Part shown: piece after piece, positions 9,159 through 17,508 of the stretch
How positions within the stretch are numbered: position 1 is the first letter of the stretch
Layout of the letters: each line of letters begins with the position of its first letter
Assembly (NCBI GenBank): GCA_035687725.1
Contig: DASRVB010000139.1
Coordinates: 1-50,942, forward strand
Length of the DNA stretch: 50,942 nucleotides
Direction: 5' to 3'
DNA from: Gemmatimonadota bacterium
GTDB lineage: Bacteria; Gemmatimonadota; Gemmatimonadetes; JACCXV01; JAHWKZ01
Program-made: the position numbers and the translations under genes
Notes under the pieces: model-generated
What the model was told of the DNA's origin: nothing
Databases searched by the model: none
The model's input: the letters and a program-made list of their open reading frames with translations, nothing else

Positions 9159-9462
9159 GCATCGCCAGTCAGACGATCACGGATCTGCCCGTCGACGTGC
9201 ACTGGCCTGGCTAGGACCCCGACGGCCAAGAACGGTCGAGCGAGCGTTCCCGCTACCTGATCCGCCTCGACGACAGCGGACGACCTCGCATCCGCTTCGC
9301 TCTCGCGCTGGCGAGTTCCACCTCTCGCTCGATTAGCGGAGGATGATCAAAACGGTCCGGATGCAAGGCGGGCGACGAGGCTCTTCCGAGGCGTGGTAAT
9401 TCCCACGCCGCAGGAAGAACGAGGAGCCCAACGCCGCAGACGGGCCGTTTTCATCATCCGAC

Positions 9463-12400
9463 CTACGGCAAGGCGTAGCGCTGGCGCACCCATTCGTGAA
9501 CGTCGGCCAGCTCGGCATCATCCAGGGCACGTTCGTAGACGATGACCTCGGCGACCCAGCCATCGAGGATCGTCCCGTACGACCCCTCGCGCGCGAGCTT
9601 GAGCGGCGCGGGATTCGCGGTCCGCGTCGTCGAGGTCAGGAAGGCCCCGTCGATGAAGAGCTCTGCCAGCGCTGAGGACTGGCGCATCGTCTGCGCCAGC
9701 CATCTTCCCGCCGTCACGCTCGGGCCCGTGGCGTACTGGCCCGTGTAATTCCGGTAGCGCCCCACGTACGGCCCCATGAAGAAGCTGAACCCGCCGTTCA
9801 GCGCATGGCCCGAGGCCGCGGCGCGCGACGCGTAGACGACCACGATCGTCAGTGGCGCCCCCGGGTCGGCGGCGGTCGCCATCCCGTCGTCGGCGGCGTC
9901 GAACTGCACCGCCGGCAGGCCGTTGACGACTCCGGCGCGGTACACGGGTCGCTTGGAGGCCACGGTCTGCGATGCATGGTTGCCGGCGCCCGAGCGGTCC
10001 GGCCACGTGACCACAGGCGCCCCTTCGGCGAGACCTGTCAGGGCATCCGATTGCAGCCACAGCACCAGTCCCGGCAAGGACGCCGGATCTTCGAACGGTC
10101 CCGGATCGGGAGGCGCTTCCACCGAGACCGACTTGGTCACCGAGTCGCTCTCTCCGTCGTCGTCGGTCACGGTGAGAGTCACTTCGTACGTCGCGGCGGC
10201 GGCGAAGTCGTGCGCGGGATCTTCCTCCGTCGACGTCGCTCCGTCTCCGAACGTCCAGCTCCGTGCCGTCACGGTTCCGTCGGGATCCACGCTCGCATCT
10301 TCGAACGCGCACGAGAGGTGGGTGCACGTCCATGTGAAGCCGGCGACGGGCGGTTCGTTCGGCGCGGGCGGCGGGACGTAGCGATCGTGGAGCCATGCGT
10401 GGACGGCGGCCAGCTCGGTGCTCGAGAGCGCGCGGTCGTAGACCAGGAGCTCGGCCAGCGCGCCGTCGAGGACCTGGCTGTACGTGCCCTGGCGGCCGAG
10501 CATCAATGTCCCCGGGTTCACCGTCCGGTTCGTGCTCGTGACCATGCTGCCGTCGATCCACAGCTCGGCGTTCGAGCCCGTCTGCCGGAAGCCCTGCACG
10601 ACCCAGCGGCCCGGCGTCACCGCAGGCCCGTTCAGGAACTTGCCGGTGTACGCCCGGTACCGGCCGACGTAGGGGCCCTCGAAGAAGCTGAAGCCGCCGT
10701 TCAGCACGTGACCGGTCGCGCCCGCGCGCGATGCGTAGACGGCCAGGATGGTGGTCGTCTGCGGCGGATCGACGGGCGTCTCCATCCCGTCGTCCGCGGC
10801 GTCGAACGACACCGCCGGCAACCCGGCCACCTGTGCGGCGCGAAACGTCGGCCGCTTCGACGCCGAGGCCTGAGTGGCGTGGTTGCACGAACCCGAGGCG
10901 TCGGGCCAAGTCGCGACCGGATCGCCGTCGGCGTGACCGGTCAGCCCGTCGGCGCGGAGCCACAGGGTCAGTCCGGGGATCGCGCCCGGCTCGCCGGGGC
11001 CTCCTCCCGGGGTCGGCACGCTGGCCGACACGCTGCGTGTCGCCGTCCCGATCGCGCCGCCGTCATCGGTCACCCGCAGCGTGACGGCGTACGTGCCGCT
11101 GCACATGTACGCATGCGTGGGGTTCTGCGCGCTGGACGTGCCCCCGTCGCCGAAGGTCCAGCTCCAGGCGACCACGATCCCGTCGCTGTCCGAGCTGAGA
11201 TCGGTGAACGCGCACTGCCCGCCCGTGCAGGAATGCGAGAAGTCGGCCGTGGGAGGCGGATTCGGGGGCGGCGCGGGCAGGTCGTTGACCGCGCGCCACA
11301 CGTTGATCCGTCCATGGCCGAACCGGTCGTCGACGCCCGGATCGCCGAGGTCGTCGGCGGTTGACTCCATCCGCTCCAGCACCTCGGCGCCGGAGAGGCC
11401 CATCGCGTAGAGGAGCGCGCCCAGGCCCGCGGCCTGTGGCGTCGCCATGGAGGTTCCGGCCTTCAGGCAGTAGTCGACGTCGCTCGAGAAGCAGGTCGAA
11501 GCGATCTGGCTGTACCCGCTCGCGTTCTCGGAGTCTCCGCCTGGTGCGGCCAGCCGCACCTCGGGCCCCCAGTTCGAGTAGCTGGCGAGCTCGTCGCTCC
11601 AGTCCGTGGCGCTGACCGCCACGCACTCCGGAAAGGCCGCAGGCCAGAGCACGCCCTGCTGTCCGCTGTTCCCCGCCGCGCAGAACGGCAGCGCGCCGTG
11701 GTCGCGGGCGTACTGGAGCGCGAGCTGCTCGGTCTGCGAGGGGTCGGTGCCGCCCAGGCTGATGTTGAGGACGTTGGCTCCCTGGTCCACCGCCCACGTG
11801 ATCCCGGCCGCCAGCGCGGAGCTGGGGCACTCGGCGTTGAGCCCGAAGAAGGTGGGCGTGCATACCTTGGCCACTACGAGCCCGATGTTGGGTCCCCACG
11901 CCACTCCCGAGAGCCCCGTGGCGTCGCCCCCCCGCGCACCGGAGATCCCTGCCACGTGCGTGCCGTGCCCCTGATCGTCCGACGCGTCGGGGTCGTTGTT
12001 GTAGAAGTCATGCTGCGCTACGACGCGGCCGCTGAGGTCCGCGTGCGTCGCACGGACGCCGGTGTCGAGGATCGCGATGCGGGCGGAGCCGGAGAACCCG
12101 GCGCCCAGCTGGTTAAACGCCTCCAGCCAATCCATGTCCGCGTCCGCCGCGCCGGTCGTCGCCAGCACGTCCCCGGCGCCGGAGCGGATCGCGCCGTCGT
12201 TGTGGAGGTCCCACTTGTATCCGAACAGAGGATCGCCCGGCAGGACGCAGCCCGGGCACGTCGGGTCGTCGAGCGTCCGCAGCCAGTCGGGCTCGGCGAA
12301 CTCCACGTCGGGGCGCCGATCCATGGCCCGCGCCACAGCCATCTCGCGGCCGGGCTTCACCCGGAGCAGCCGGATGCGCTGGGCGACCGTGCCCTCCAGT

Positions 12401-12648
12401 GAGGCTCCCTGCGCGCGAGCGAGGGCGGCCTCATCGGCGCCGGCACGGAAGCGGACGAGAACGCGGCCCGGCACGTAGCGACCCGCGCCGCCGGCGGCTT
12501 GCGTCAGCTCGCCCGACGGCGAAGGCTCGGGCTCGGTGGGCGTCTCCGAGCAGGACACGATCCCGAAAGCGACGACCGAGAACGCCATCAGGCGCAGCGG
12601 CGCAGGACGAAACCGGGAATTGCGAGATGGAACGTTGCGGGTGGGCAT
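9463..12648 (-). CDS. secreted subtilisin-family (S8) serine protease with an I9-like propeptide and two tandem PKD + LamG-like modules
   Basis: Catalytic triad contexts AILDTGV (Asp), HGTHVAGI (His) and GTSMATPQAAG (Ser). N-terminal signal/TM segment. Two WTFGDG PKD domains, each followed by a roughly 200-aa domain ending LDG.LAE..VY.RAL...EL (Laminin_G_3-like). AGGAGG-type SD just upstream of the ATG. Confidence 0.9.
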   Translation of the reverse strand: MPTRNVPSRNSRFRPAPLRLMAFSVVAFGIVSCSETPTEPEPSPSGELTQAAGGAGRYVPGRVLVRFRAGADEAALARAQGASLEGTVAQRIRLLRVKPGREMAVARAMDRRPDVEFAEPDWLRTLDDPTCPGCVLPGDPLFGYKWDLHNDGAIRSGAGDVLATTGAADADMDWLEAFNQLGAGFSGSARIAILDTGVRATHADLSGRVVAQHDFYNNDPDASDDQGHGTHVAGISGARGGDATGLSGVAWGPNIGLVVAKVCTPTFFGLNAECPSSALAAGITWAVDQGANVLNISLGGTDPSQTEQLALQYARDHGALPFCAAGNSGQQGVLWPAAFPECVAVSATDWSDELASYSNWGPEVRLAAPGGDSENASGYSQIASTCFSSDVDYCLKAGTSMATPQAAGLGALLYAMGLSGAEVLERMESTADDLGDPGVDDRFGHGRINVWRAVNDLPAPPPNPPPTADFSHSCTGGQCAFTDLSSDSDGIVVAWSWTFGDGGTSSAQNPTHAYMCSGTYAVTLRVTDDGGAIGTATRSVSASVPTPGGGPGEPGAIPGLTLWLRADGLTGHADGDPVATWPDASGSCNHATQASASKRPTFRAAQVAGLPAVSFDAADDGMETPVDPPQTTTILAVYASRAGATGHVLNGGFSFFEGPYVGRYRAYTGKFLNGPAVTPGRWVVQGFRQTGSNAELWIDGSMVTSTNRTVNPGTLMLGRQGTYSQVLDGALAELLVYDRALSSTELAAVHAWLHDRYVPPPAPNEPPVAGFTWTCTHLSCAFEDASVDPDGTVTARSWTFGDGATSTEEDPAHDFAAAATYEVTLTVTDDDGESDSVTKSVSVEAPPDPGPFEDPASLPGLVLWLQSDALTGLAEGAPVVTWPDRSGAGNHASQTVASKRPVYRAGVVNGLPAVQFDAADDGMATAADPGAPLTIVVVYASRAAASGHALNGGFSFFMGPYVGRYRNYTGQYATGPSVTAGRWLAQTMRQSSALAELFIDGAFLTSTTRTANPAPLKLAREGSYGTILDGWVAEVIVYERALDDAELADVHEWVRQRYALP

Positions 12649-12821
12649 CTCCCCTCCTGAATCGATCCTAGGGGGAGAACAGCCCCCATTATGGCAGAAT
12701 CCGGCCGAACTGTAAAGGGGGTATCGGTAAGCGCGCTGACAAACCTTGGAGTCGCGGAGGGGTACAATGCTTCGAGGCGACCACAGAGGTCGTCACGGGC
12801 CCAAGCGAAGGAGGTCGTACG

Positions 12822-13094
12822 ATGGCGCAGGTGAACTACAATCAACCCGCGGAGCCCCGGGGCGGCGGGGATGGGCATGGGGGCATCTACGCGATACTGG
12901 TCATCATTGCGATCCTCATCGTGGGGGCCGTGCTGTACTTCTCGGGGGTCCTCGGCGAGCGCACGGCGGAGGAAGACATCGACGCCGACATCGACATCGA
13001 GGCGCCGGAAGTTCCGGACGTGGACGTTCCCAGCGACGTGGAGATCGAAGCGCCGGAAATCGACGTGCCCGACACCGTCACGATCGTTGACTGA
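12822..13094 (+). CDS. small single-pass membrane protein with a repetitive acidic tail (90 aa)
   Basis: Strong SD AAGGAGG at 12808-12814, 7 nt before the ATG. TM helix IYAILVIIAILIVGAVLYF. The tail EEDIDADIDIEAPEVPDVDVPSDVEIEAPEIDVPD contains the IEAPE repeat. Confidence 0.7.
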   Translation: MAQVNYNQPAEPRGGGDGHGGIYAILVIIAILIVGAVLYFSGVLGERTAEEDIDADIDIEAPEVPDVDVPSDVEIEAPEIDVPDTVTIVD

Positions 13095-13121
13095 GGCTGC
13101 GGACGGAAACCGGGTCGCAGG

Positions 13122-13574
13122 TCAGCGAGCTCGGGCGGGCTCCATGCGCCCGACCCCGCGGCGCGTGAGGTAGACGCGCTCGACGTTCCCCGCGCGACTC
13201 GAGCTCGCGAACGGAAAGAACCAGAACCACGGACGACGGGGGTCGTGATCGGGGATTACGCCCTCCATCGTCTCGCCCCATCTGAGGGTCACCCGCACCG
13301 CCTCCCCGGATTCCACAGCCGGGATCTCCTCATGAGGCGGCACGTCTTCCTCGCTCAGCGGCTGCGACCGCCACACTGCCAGATCGCGCACGAGGAAGGC
13401 CACGAGGACTTCCTTCATGTCGACGTCGTGACGCTGCACCTGATGGCCTGTCAGATCGACTTCCCGAAGATCGATGCGCGCCCGATTGGGATCGAACCGA
13501 TCGACAACTCCCTTAAGGCGCGTATCGTCATCGAGGACGAGGACGACCTTGTCTTCCCTGGGTTCTTCCTTCAT
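13122..13574 (-). CDS. hypothetical protein with two similar roughly 60-aa halves (150 aa)
   Basis: I start it at the internal Met (MKEEPREDKVVLVLDDD...), just downstream of the tandem hairpins. High GC3. The track ORF (to 13979) would run through the hairpin repeat and into the upstream gene. Confidence 0.6.
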   Translation of the reverse strand: MKEEPREDKVVLVLDDDTRLKGVVDRFDPNRARIDLREVDLTGHQVQRHDVDMKEVLVAFLVRDLAVWRSQPLSEEDVPPHEEIPAVESGEAVRVTLRWGETMEGVIPDHDPRRPWFWFFPFASSSRAGNVERVYLTRRGVGRMEPARAR

Positions 13575-13631
13575 GTCGCCTGTTCCGCGGGAGTTTGGGG
13601 TTTCCCCCAATATGACCCTGTCCGCCCGCGA

Positions 13632-13699
13632 ATCAACCGGATGCGGGGGTCCAGAGGACCCCGCCATCAACCGGATGCGGGGGTCCGAAGGACCCCGCC
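13632..13699 (-). terminator. two tandem copies of a 34-nt unit, each with a GC-rich hairpin (candidate tandem terminators)
   Basis: Copy 1 (13632-13665) is atcaaccggatgcgggggtccagaggaccccgcc. Copy 2 (13666-13699) is atcaaccggatgcgggggtccgaaggaccccgcc. Stem GGGGTCC/GGACCCC; the only differences are in the loop. It starts 7 nt downstream of the stop of the 13706..14485 gene. Confidence 0.55.
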
Positions 13700-13705
13700 G
13701 TGGAG

Positions 13706-14485
13706 CTATTGGAGCTCCGCCGAGTAGGCGACCGCCGGGAACGCGAGGCCATCGTTGCGACAGACCACGGTCGGGCGATTCCCCTTCCCCCTGGCCGGGA
13801 CACACCCATCCGGGTCCGAGGAGCTGTCGCAGAGGGTGCGGGTAACCCGCACGATGCCGCGGCTGAACCGGAACGTCCGACCGTCCCATGAGGCCACCGG
13901 CTGCACGACCGAGAGATTGCGCTCGCCGCCCGCCTCGAATTCCCACATGTAGTTGTCGGATCCCGACGTCGAGAACCACCGCAGCAGGCTCTGGTGGTTC
14001 CAGGACGCGGCACCATTGGCCCTCAAGTCGACGAGCGCGAAGTACAGCCGTGGCCGAGAGGAGGCATGGTCTTCGAAGAACTCGTCCCAGAGATCCTTCG
14101 CGACCTGAGGCACGTTGCTCGGATCATAGGGAGACGCGACGTCGGCGTTCCAGATGCAGTGCGCCCAGTTCACCTGCCCGCTGAGCGGGAGCCGATTGGT
14201 GCCGATAGCGCCGCCGTCGGTGTCGACCCTGATCGCGCTCGGGAACGGGGCCAGGAACGGGGTGTCGAACGACGCCGAGCTCCCCTTGGTTTTGGCTCCT
14301 CCCGACCCTACCGCCGATGTATATCCACCCGACAGGACGATGCCCCGCTGACCGCCACCCCCACCACCGGCTCCCACCTTCCTTCCGGAGGGTTCGAGGT
14401 CGCGGAGGGGGGAAATCGGATCCGCGCCCTGGCAAGCGGCCAGGATCCCGAGTGCGATACCGCAGAGGGCGACAAGCTGTCTCAT
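13706..14485 (-). CDS. lipoprotein, unknown function (259 aa)
   Basis: Lipobox MRQLVALCGIALGILAAC, a Gly-rich linker, then a globular domain. GGAG lies 8 nt upstream of the ATG. No family recognised. Confidence 0.7.
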   Translation of the reverse strand: MRQLVALCGIALGILAACQGADPISPLRDLEPSGRKVGAGGGGGGQRGIVLSGGYTSAVGSGGAKTKGSSASFDTPFLAPFPSAIRVDTDGGAIGTNRLPLSGQVNWAHCIWNADVASPYDPSNVPQVAKDLWDEFFEDHASSRPRLYFALVDLRANGAASWNHQSLLRWFSTSGSDNYMWEFEAGGERNLSVVQPVASWDGRTFRFSRGIVRVTRTLCDSSSDPDGCVPARGKGNRPTVVCRNDGLAFPAVAYSAELQ

Positions 14486-14531
14486 GACATACTCCGGATG
14501 GGGGGAAAGTCCCTGAACAGGGGAACCGTCT

Positions 14532-14561
14532 CTTGTACCACGGAGCCGCGGCTTCGGTCAA
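14532..14561 (-). promoter_or_regulatory. candidate sigma-70-like promoter for the 14485 lipoprotein gene
   Basis: The minus strand reads TTGACC (14561-14556), an 18-nt spacer, then TACAAG (14537-14532). The -10 lacks the conserved final T. Confidence 0.25.
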
Positions 14562-14598
14562 GCGAATCGTGGTGGGGAAAAGGTACGAGATCATCGTG

Positions 14599-14811
14599 TC
14601 ATCGAGTGGAGCCGTCGCCAGCCGTGGAGCGCCAGCCAGTGGACCCCGCCGAGGAGAAGCGCTCCGGCGAGAACTCCGGCTGCGACGGCGTCGCCCTGGA
14701 TCTCCGCGCGTACCAGCCCGCGCCATCCCACGCCAGGCCCGCGATCGCCACCAGCACGACGGTTCCCATAAGGAGCAGGCTCGCCGTCAGATGGGTCGGC
14801 CGAGGCGGCAT
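14599..14811 (-). CDS. possible small membrane protein (70 aa as read; see the frame-switch finding)
   Basis: GC3 is about 90% in this frame. It has the TM-like segment LLLMGTVVLVAIAGLAW. No homolog recognised and no clear SD. Confidence 0.35.
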   Translation of the reverse strand: MPPRPTHLTASLLLMGTVVLVAIAGLAWDGAGWYARRSRATPSQPEFSPERFSSAGSTGWRSTAGDGSTR

Positions 14812-15002
14812 TGGAGCCTATGTGAGCACGTTTCTTGCAGAGTGGGACGCCGAGGTTGACCGATGAGAGTACGGACGGAGATCAGCCCCGTGGATGTGCA
14901 GGCGGGGAGCGTTGAACTATCCCCCCTGTCCGTCGCGAATGGCGTCACTCGCCGTGCGCCGGCGCGCGCTCCCCGGGGGCCAGGGGAGCCCGATTTCGGG
15001 AG

Positions 15003-15446
15003 GTGGCGGTGATCGGCACCATTCTGCTCGTGGAAGACTCCGAAGACGACGTGGAGCTCACTCGTCGCGCGCTCAAGAAGAACAATCTCACGAACCCGCT
15101 AGTCGTCGCCCGGGACGGCCAGGAGGTCCTGGACTATCTGCTGGGCGGCGACGACGACCGGGGCGCCGCGCAGGATCTTCCCGCCATCGTCCTCCTCGAC
15201 CTCCAGCTTCCCAAGGTCAGCGGACTCGAGGTTCTACGGAAGCTGCGGGCGGCCAAGCGGACGAGCCTTCTGCCGATCGTCATCCTCACCTCCTCGAAGG
15301 AGGAGCGCGACCTGGTGGACGGATATGCGAGCGGGGCCAACAGCTACATTCGCAAACCCGTGGATTTCGATCAATTCATCGAGGCCGTCCGACAGCTCGG
15401 GCTGTACTGGCTGGTCCTCAACGAGCCGCCTCCGCATGTCGAGTGA
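15003..15446 (+). CDS. single-domain CheY-like response regulator (Rcp1-like)
   Basis: ILLVEDSEDDVELTRRALKK...VLLDLQLPKVSGLEVLRKLR...VILTSS...YIRKP...LGLYWLVLNEPP. GGGAGG lies upstream; GTG at 15003 or 15009. Confidence 0.9.
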   Translation: MAVIGTILLVEDSEDDVELTRRALKKNNLTNPLVVARDGQEVLDYLLGGDDDRGAAQDLPAIVLLDLQLPKVSGLEVLRKLRAAKRTSLLPIVILTSSKEERDLVDGYASGANSYIRKPVDFDQFIEAVRQLGLYWLVLNEPPPHVE

Positions 15447-17502
15447 TCGATCCCCGCTCCGGGCGCTGCTCGTCGAGGACAATCCCGACGACGCCGCGAT
15501 CATCCTGCGAGCCCTGAGTCGGGGCGGGTTCGACGTCGAGCACGAGCGAGTCGAGACGGCGGCGGGTCTCCGCGCAGCGATCAGCCGGCGAGACTGGGAC
15601 GTGGTGATCGCGGACTACACCCTGCCCGCGTTCACCGGACCGGAGGCGTTCGTCCTCGCCCGGCGACAGGGGTCTCATCTGCCCTTCATCCTGGTCTCGG
15701 GAGCGGTGGGCGAAGAAACGGTCGCAAACGCCATGAGGCAGGGCATCGACGACTACCTCATGAAGGACAACCTCACGCGCTTGCCGAGCGCCGTGGATCG
15801 CGCCATTCAGTCATGCGAGGAACGCAAGCTCAGGCAGGAAGCGGAGCGCTCGCTGCGTCACCGCGATGCGATCCTCCTCGCGGTGGGGGTGGCCGCGAAT
15901 CGACTCCTCGCGGCGGACGACTGGCGCATGGAGATCGAGGAAGTCGTCGCGCAGCTCGGGAAGGCGGCCGAAGTCAGCCGCGCGTATCTCTATTCCTTCC
16001 GATCGAACGACCACACGCTGGCCACCCAGGAGGTGGAATGGGCCTCGGAGGGGATTACTGCTCGAGCCGGCAATCCCGAATTCAAGGACTTCGACCTGGA
16101 GAACCAGGGCTTCGATTCCTGGGCCCGGGAACTCCACGAAGGCAGACACGTACACGGCCACCGCGAGGATTTCCCGGCTCCCATCCAGGAGCAGCTCGAG
16201 CGGTGGGACGTGGCCTCCCTGGCGATCATTCCGATCATGGTGGAAGAGAGACTCTGGGGCACGATCGGCTTCGACGTATGTCATGCCCCGCGGGACTGGT
16301 CGGCGGTGGAGATCGAAGCTCTCAAGATCGCCGCCGACACGGTGGGCGCGGCGATCAAGCGAATCGAGGCGCGTGCGCACCTCCAGCGGCGCATGGAGCA
16401 CCTGAACGCCCTGCGCACGATCGACCGGGCGATCGCAGGCAGCCTGGACATCAAGCTCACCCTCGACGTCGTCCTGGATCAGGTGACCGGTCAGCTCGGC
16501 GTCGACGCCGCCCGCATCCTGCTGTGGAATCCGATGACGCAGCAGCTCGAGCACAGCGCCGGTCGCGGAATCCCGGATTCCGCCTCCCGGTCGGTCGCCC
16601 TGCGAATGGGCGAAGGCCATGCTGGCCGGGCGGCGCTCGAGCGTAGACCCGTCCATGTGCCCGACCTCCGCAGCTTCCCTTCTCCGGACTCGTCGGCGGA
16701 GCATTCCATTCCCCGGGGATTCATTTCCTACTATGCCCTTCCTCTGATCGCCAAGAACGACGTCAATGGCGTGCTGGAGACCTTCTGCCGGACGGCGCCC
16801 GAGGCGGACGACGAGTGGCGCGAGTTCGCCGGGACGCTCGCCGGTCAGGCGGCGATCGCGATCGACAACGCGCGCATGCTCACCGAGCTCACGCGCTCCA
16901 ACACTGAGCTGCGCCTGGCTTACGAGACGACCCTCGAAGGGTGGTCACGGGCCCTCGACCTCAGAGACAACGACACGCAAGGTCATACGGCGCGGGTCGC
17001 GGGCCTCACGGTGCTCCTCGGCCAGGCGCTGGGCATGGACGCCGAGGAGATCCTCCACCTGCGGCGCGGTGCACTGCTCCACGACATCGGCAAGATGGGG
17101 ATTCCCGATTCGATCCTGTTGAAGCCCGCTCCCCTGACCGACGAGGAGTGGGAGGTGATGCGGAGGCACCCGGTTTACGCCTACGAGCTCCTGTCTCCGA
17201 TTGCATATCTGCGTCCGGCGCTCGACATACCGCACCTGCATCACGAGCACTGGGACGGCACAGGCTATCCGCTGGGTCTCAAGGGCGAGGAGATCCCGCT
17301 GGCCGCGCGCGTGTTCGCGGTCGTCGACGTGTGGGACGCGTGGACCTCCCACCGCCCGTACCGGGACCGCGTGAGCGACGAACAGGCACGCGAGATCATT
17401 CGCGAGGCCGCGGGAACCCACTTCGATCCGCGGATCGTCAAGGCGTTCCTCGAGCTGGACCTCTCGGGCGCCGAGCCGGCTCGCGCCAGGTCCATGCGCT
17501 AG
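15436..17502 (+). CDS. response regulator REC - GAF - GAF - HD-GYP (c-di-GMP phosphodiesterase-type output)
   Basis: From the ATG at 15436: LRALLVEDNPDDAAIILRAL...VVIADYTLPAFTG (REC), two GAF-like regions, then LLHDIGKMGIP...HHEHWDGTGYPLGLKGEEIP (HD and GYP motifs). It overlaps the upstream response regulator gene by 11 nt. Confidence 0.9.
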   Translation: MSSDRSPLRALLVEDNPDDAAIILRALSRGGFDVEHERVETAAGLRAAISRRDWDVVIADYTLPAFTGPEAFVLARRQGSHLPFILVSGAVGEETVANAMRQGIDDYLMKDNLTRLPSAVDRAIQSCEERKLRQEAERSLRHRDAILLAVGVAANRLLAADDWRMEIEEVVAQLGKAAEVSRAYLYSFRSNDHTLATQEVEWASEGITARAGNPEFKDFDLENQGFDSWARELHEGRHVHGHREDFPAPIQEQLERWDVASLAIIPIMVEERLWGTIGFDVCHAPRDWSAVEIEALKIAADTVGAAIKRIEARAHLQRRMEHLNALRTIDRAIAGSLDIKLTLDVVLDQVTGQLGVDAARILLWNPMTQQLEHSAGRGIPDSASRSVALRMGEGHAGRAALERRPVHVPDLRSFPSPDSSAEHSIPRGFISYYALPLIAKNDVNGVLETFCRTAPEADDEWREFAGTLAGQAAIAIDNARMLTELTRSNTELRLAYETTLEGWSRALDLRDNDTQGHTARVAGLTVLLGQALGMDAEEILHLRRGALLHDIGKMGIPDSILLKPAPLTDEEWEVMRRHPVYAYELLSPIAYLRPALDIPHLHHEHWDGTGYPLGLKGEEIPLAARVFAVVDVWDAWTSHRPYRDRVSDEQAREIIREAAGTHFDPRIVKAFLELDLSGAEPARARSMR

Positions 17503-17508
17503 CGGGGC

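Noticed and set aside
9390-9409. Hairpin GGCGTGG-taattc-CCACGCC between the convergent hutF-like and S8 protease genes, considered as a terminator.
   Set aside because: It has only a 7-bp stem and no flanking T/A run on either strand. It was kept out of the feature list as insufficiently supported.
12736-12768. CTGACA ... TACAAT as a promoter for the small acidic membrane protein.
   Set aside because: The spacer is 21 nt, too long for a sigma-70-type promoter. Only the -10-like hexamer is credible.
14533-14859. 108-aa plus-strand ORF in the 14.5-15.0 kb gap.
   Set aside because: The translation is Arg-rich with no features. The opposite strand shows TM-helix-like segments with very high GC3, so the minus-strand reading is preferred, though itself uncertain.
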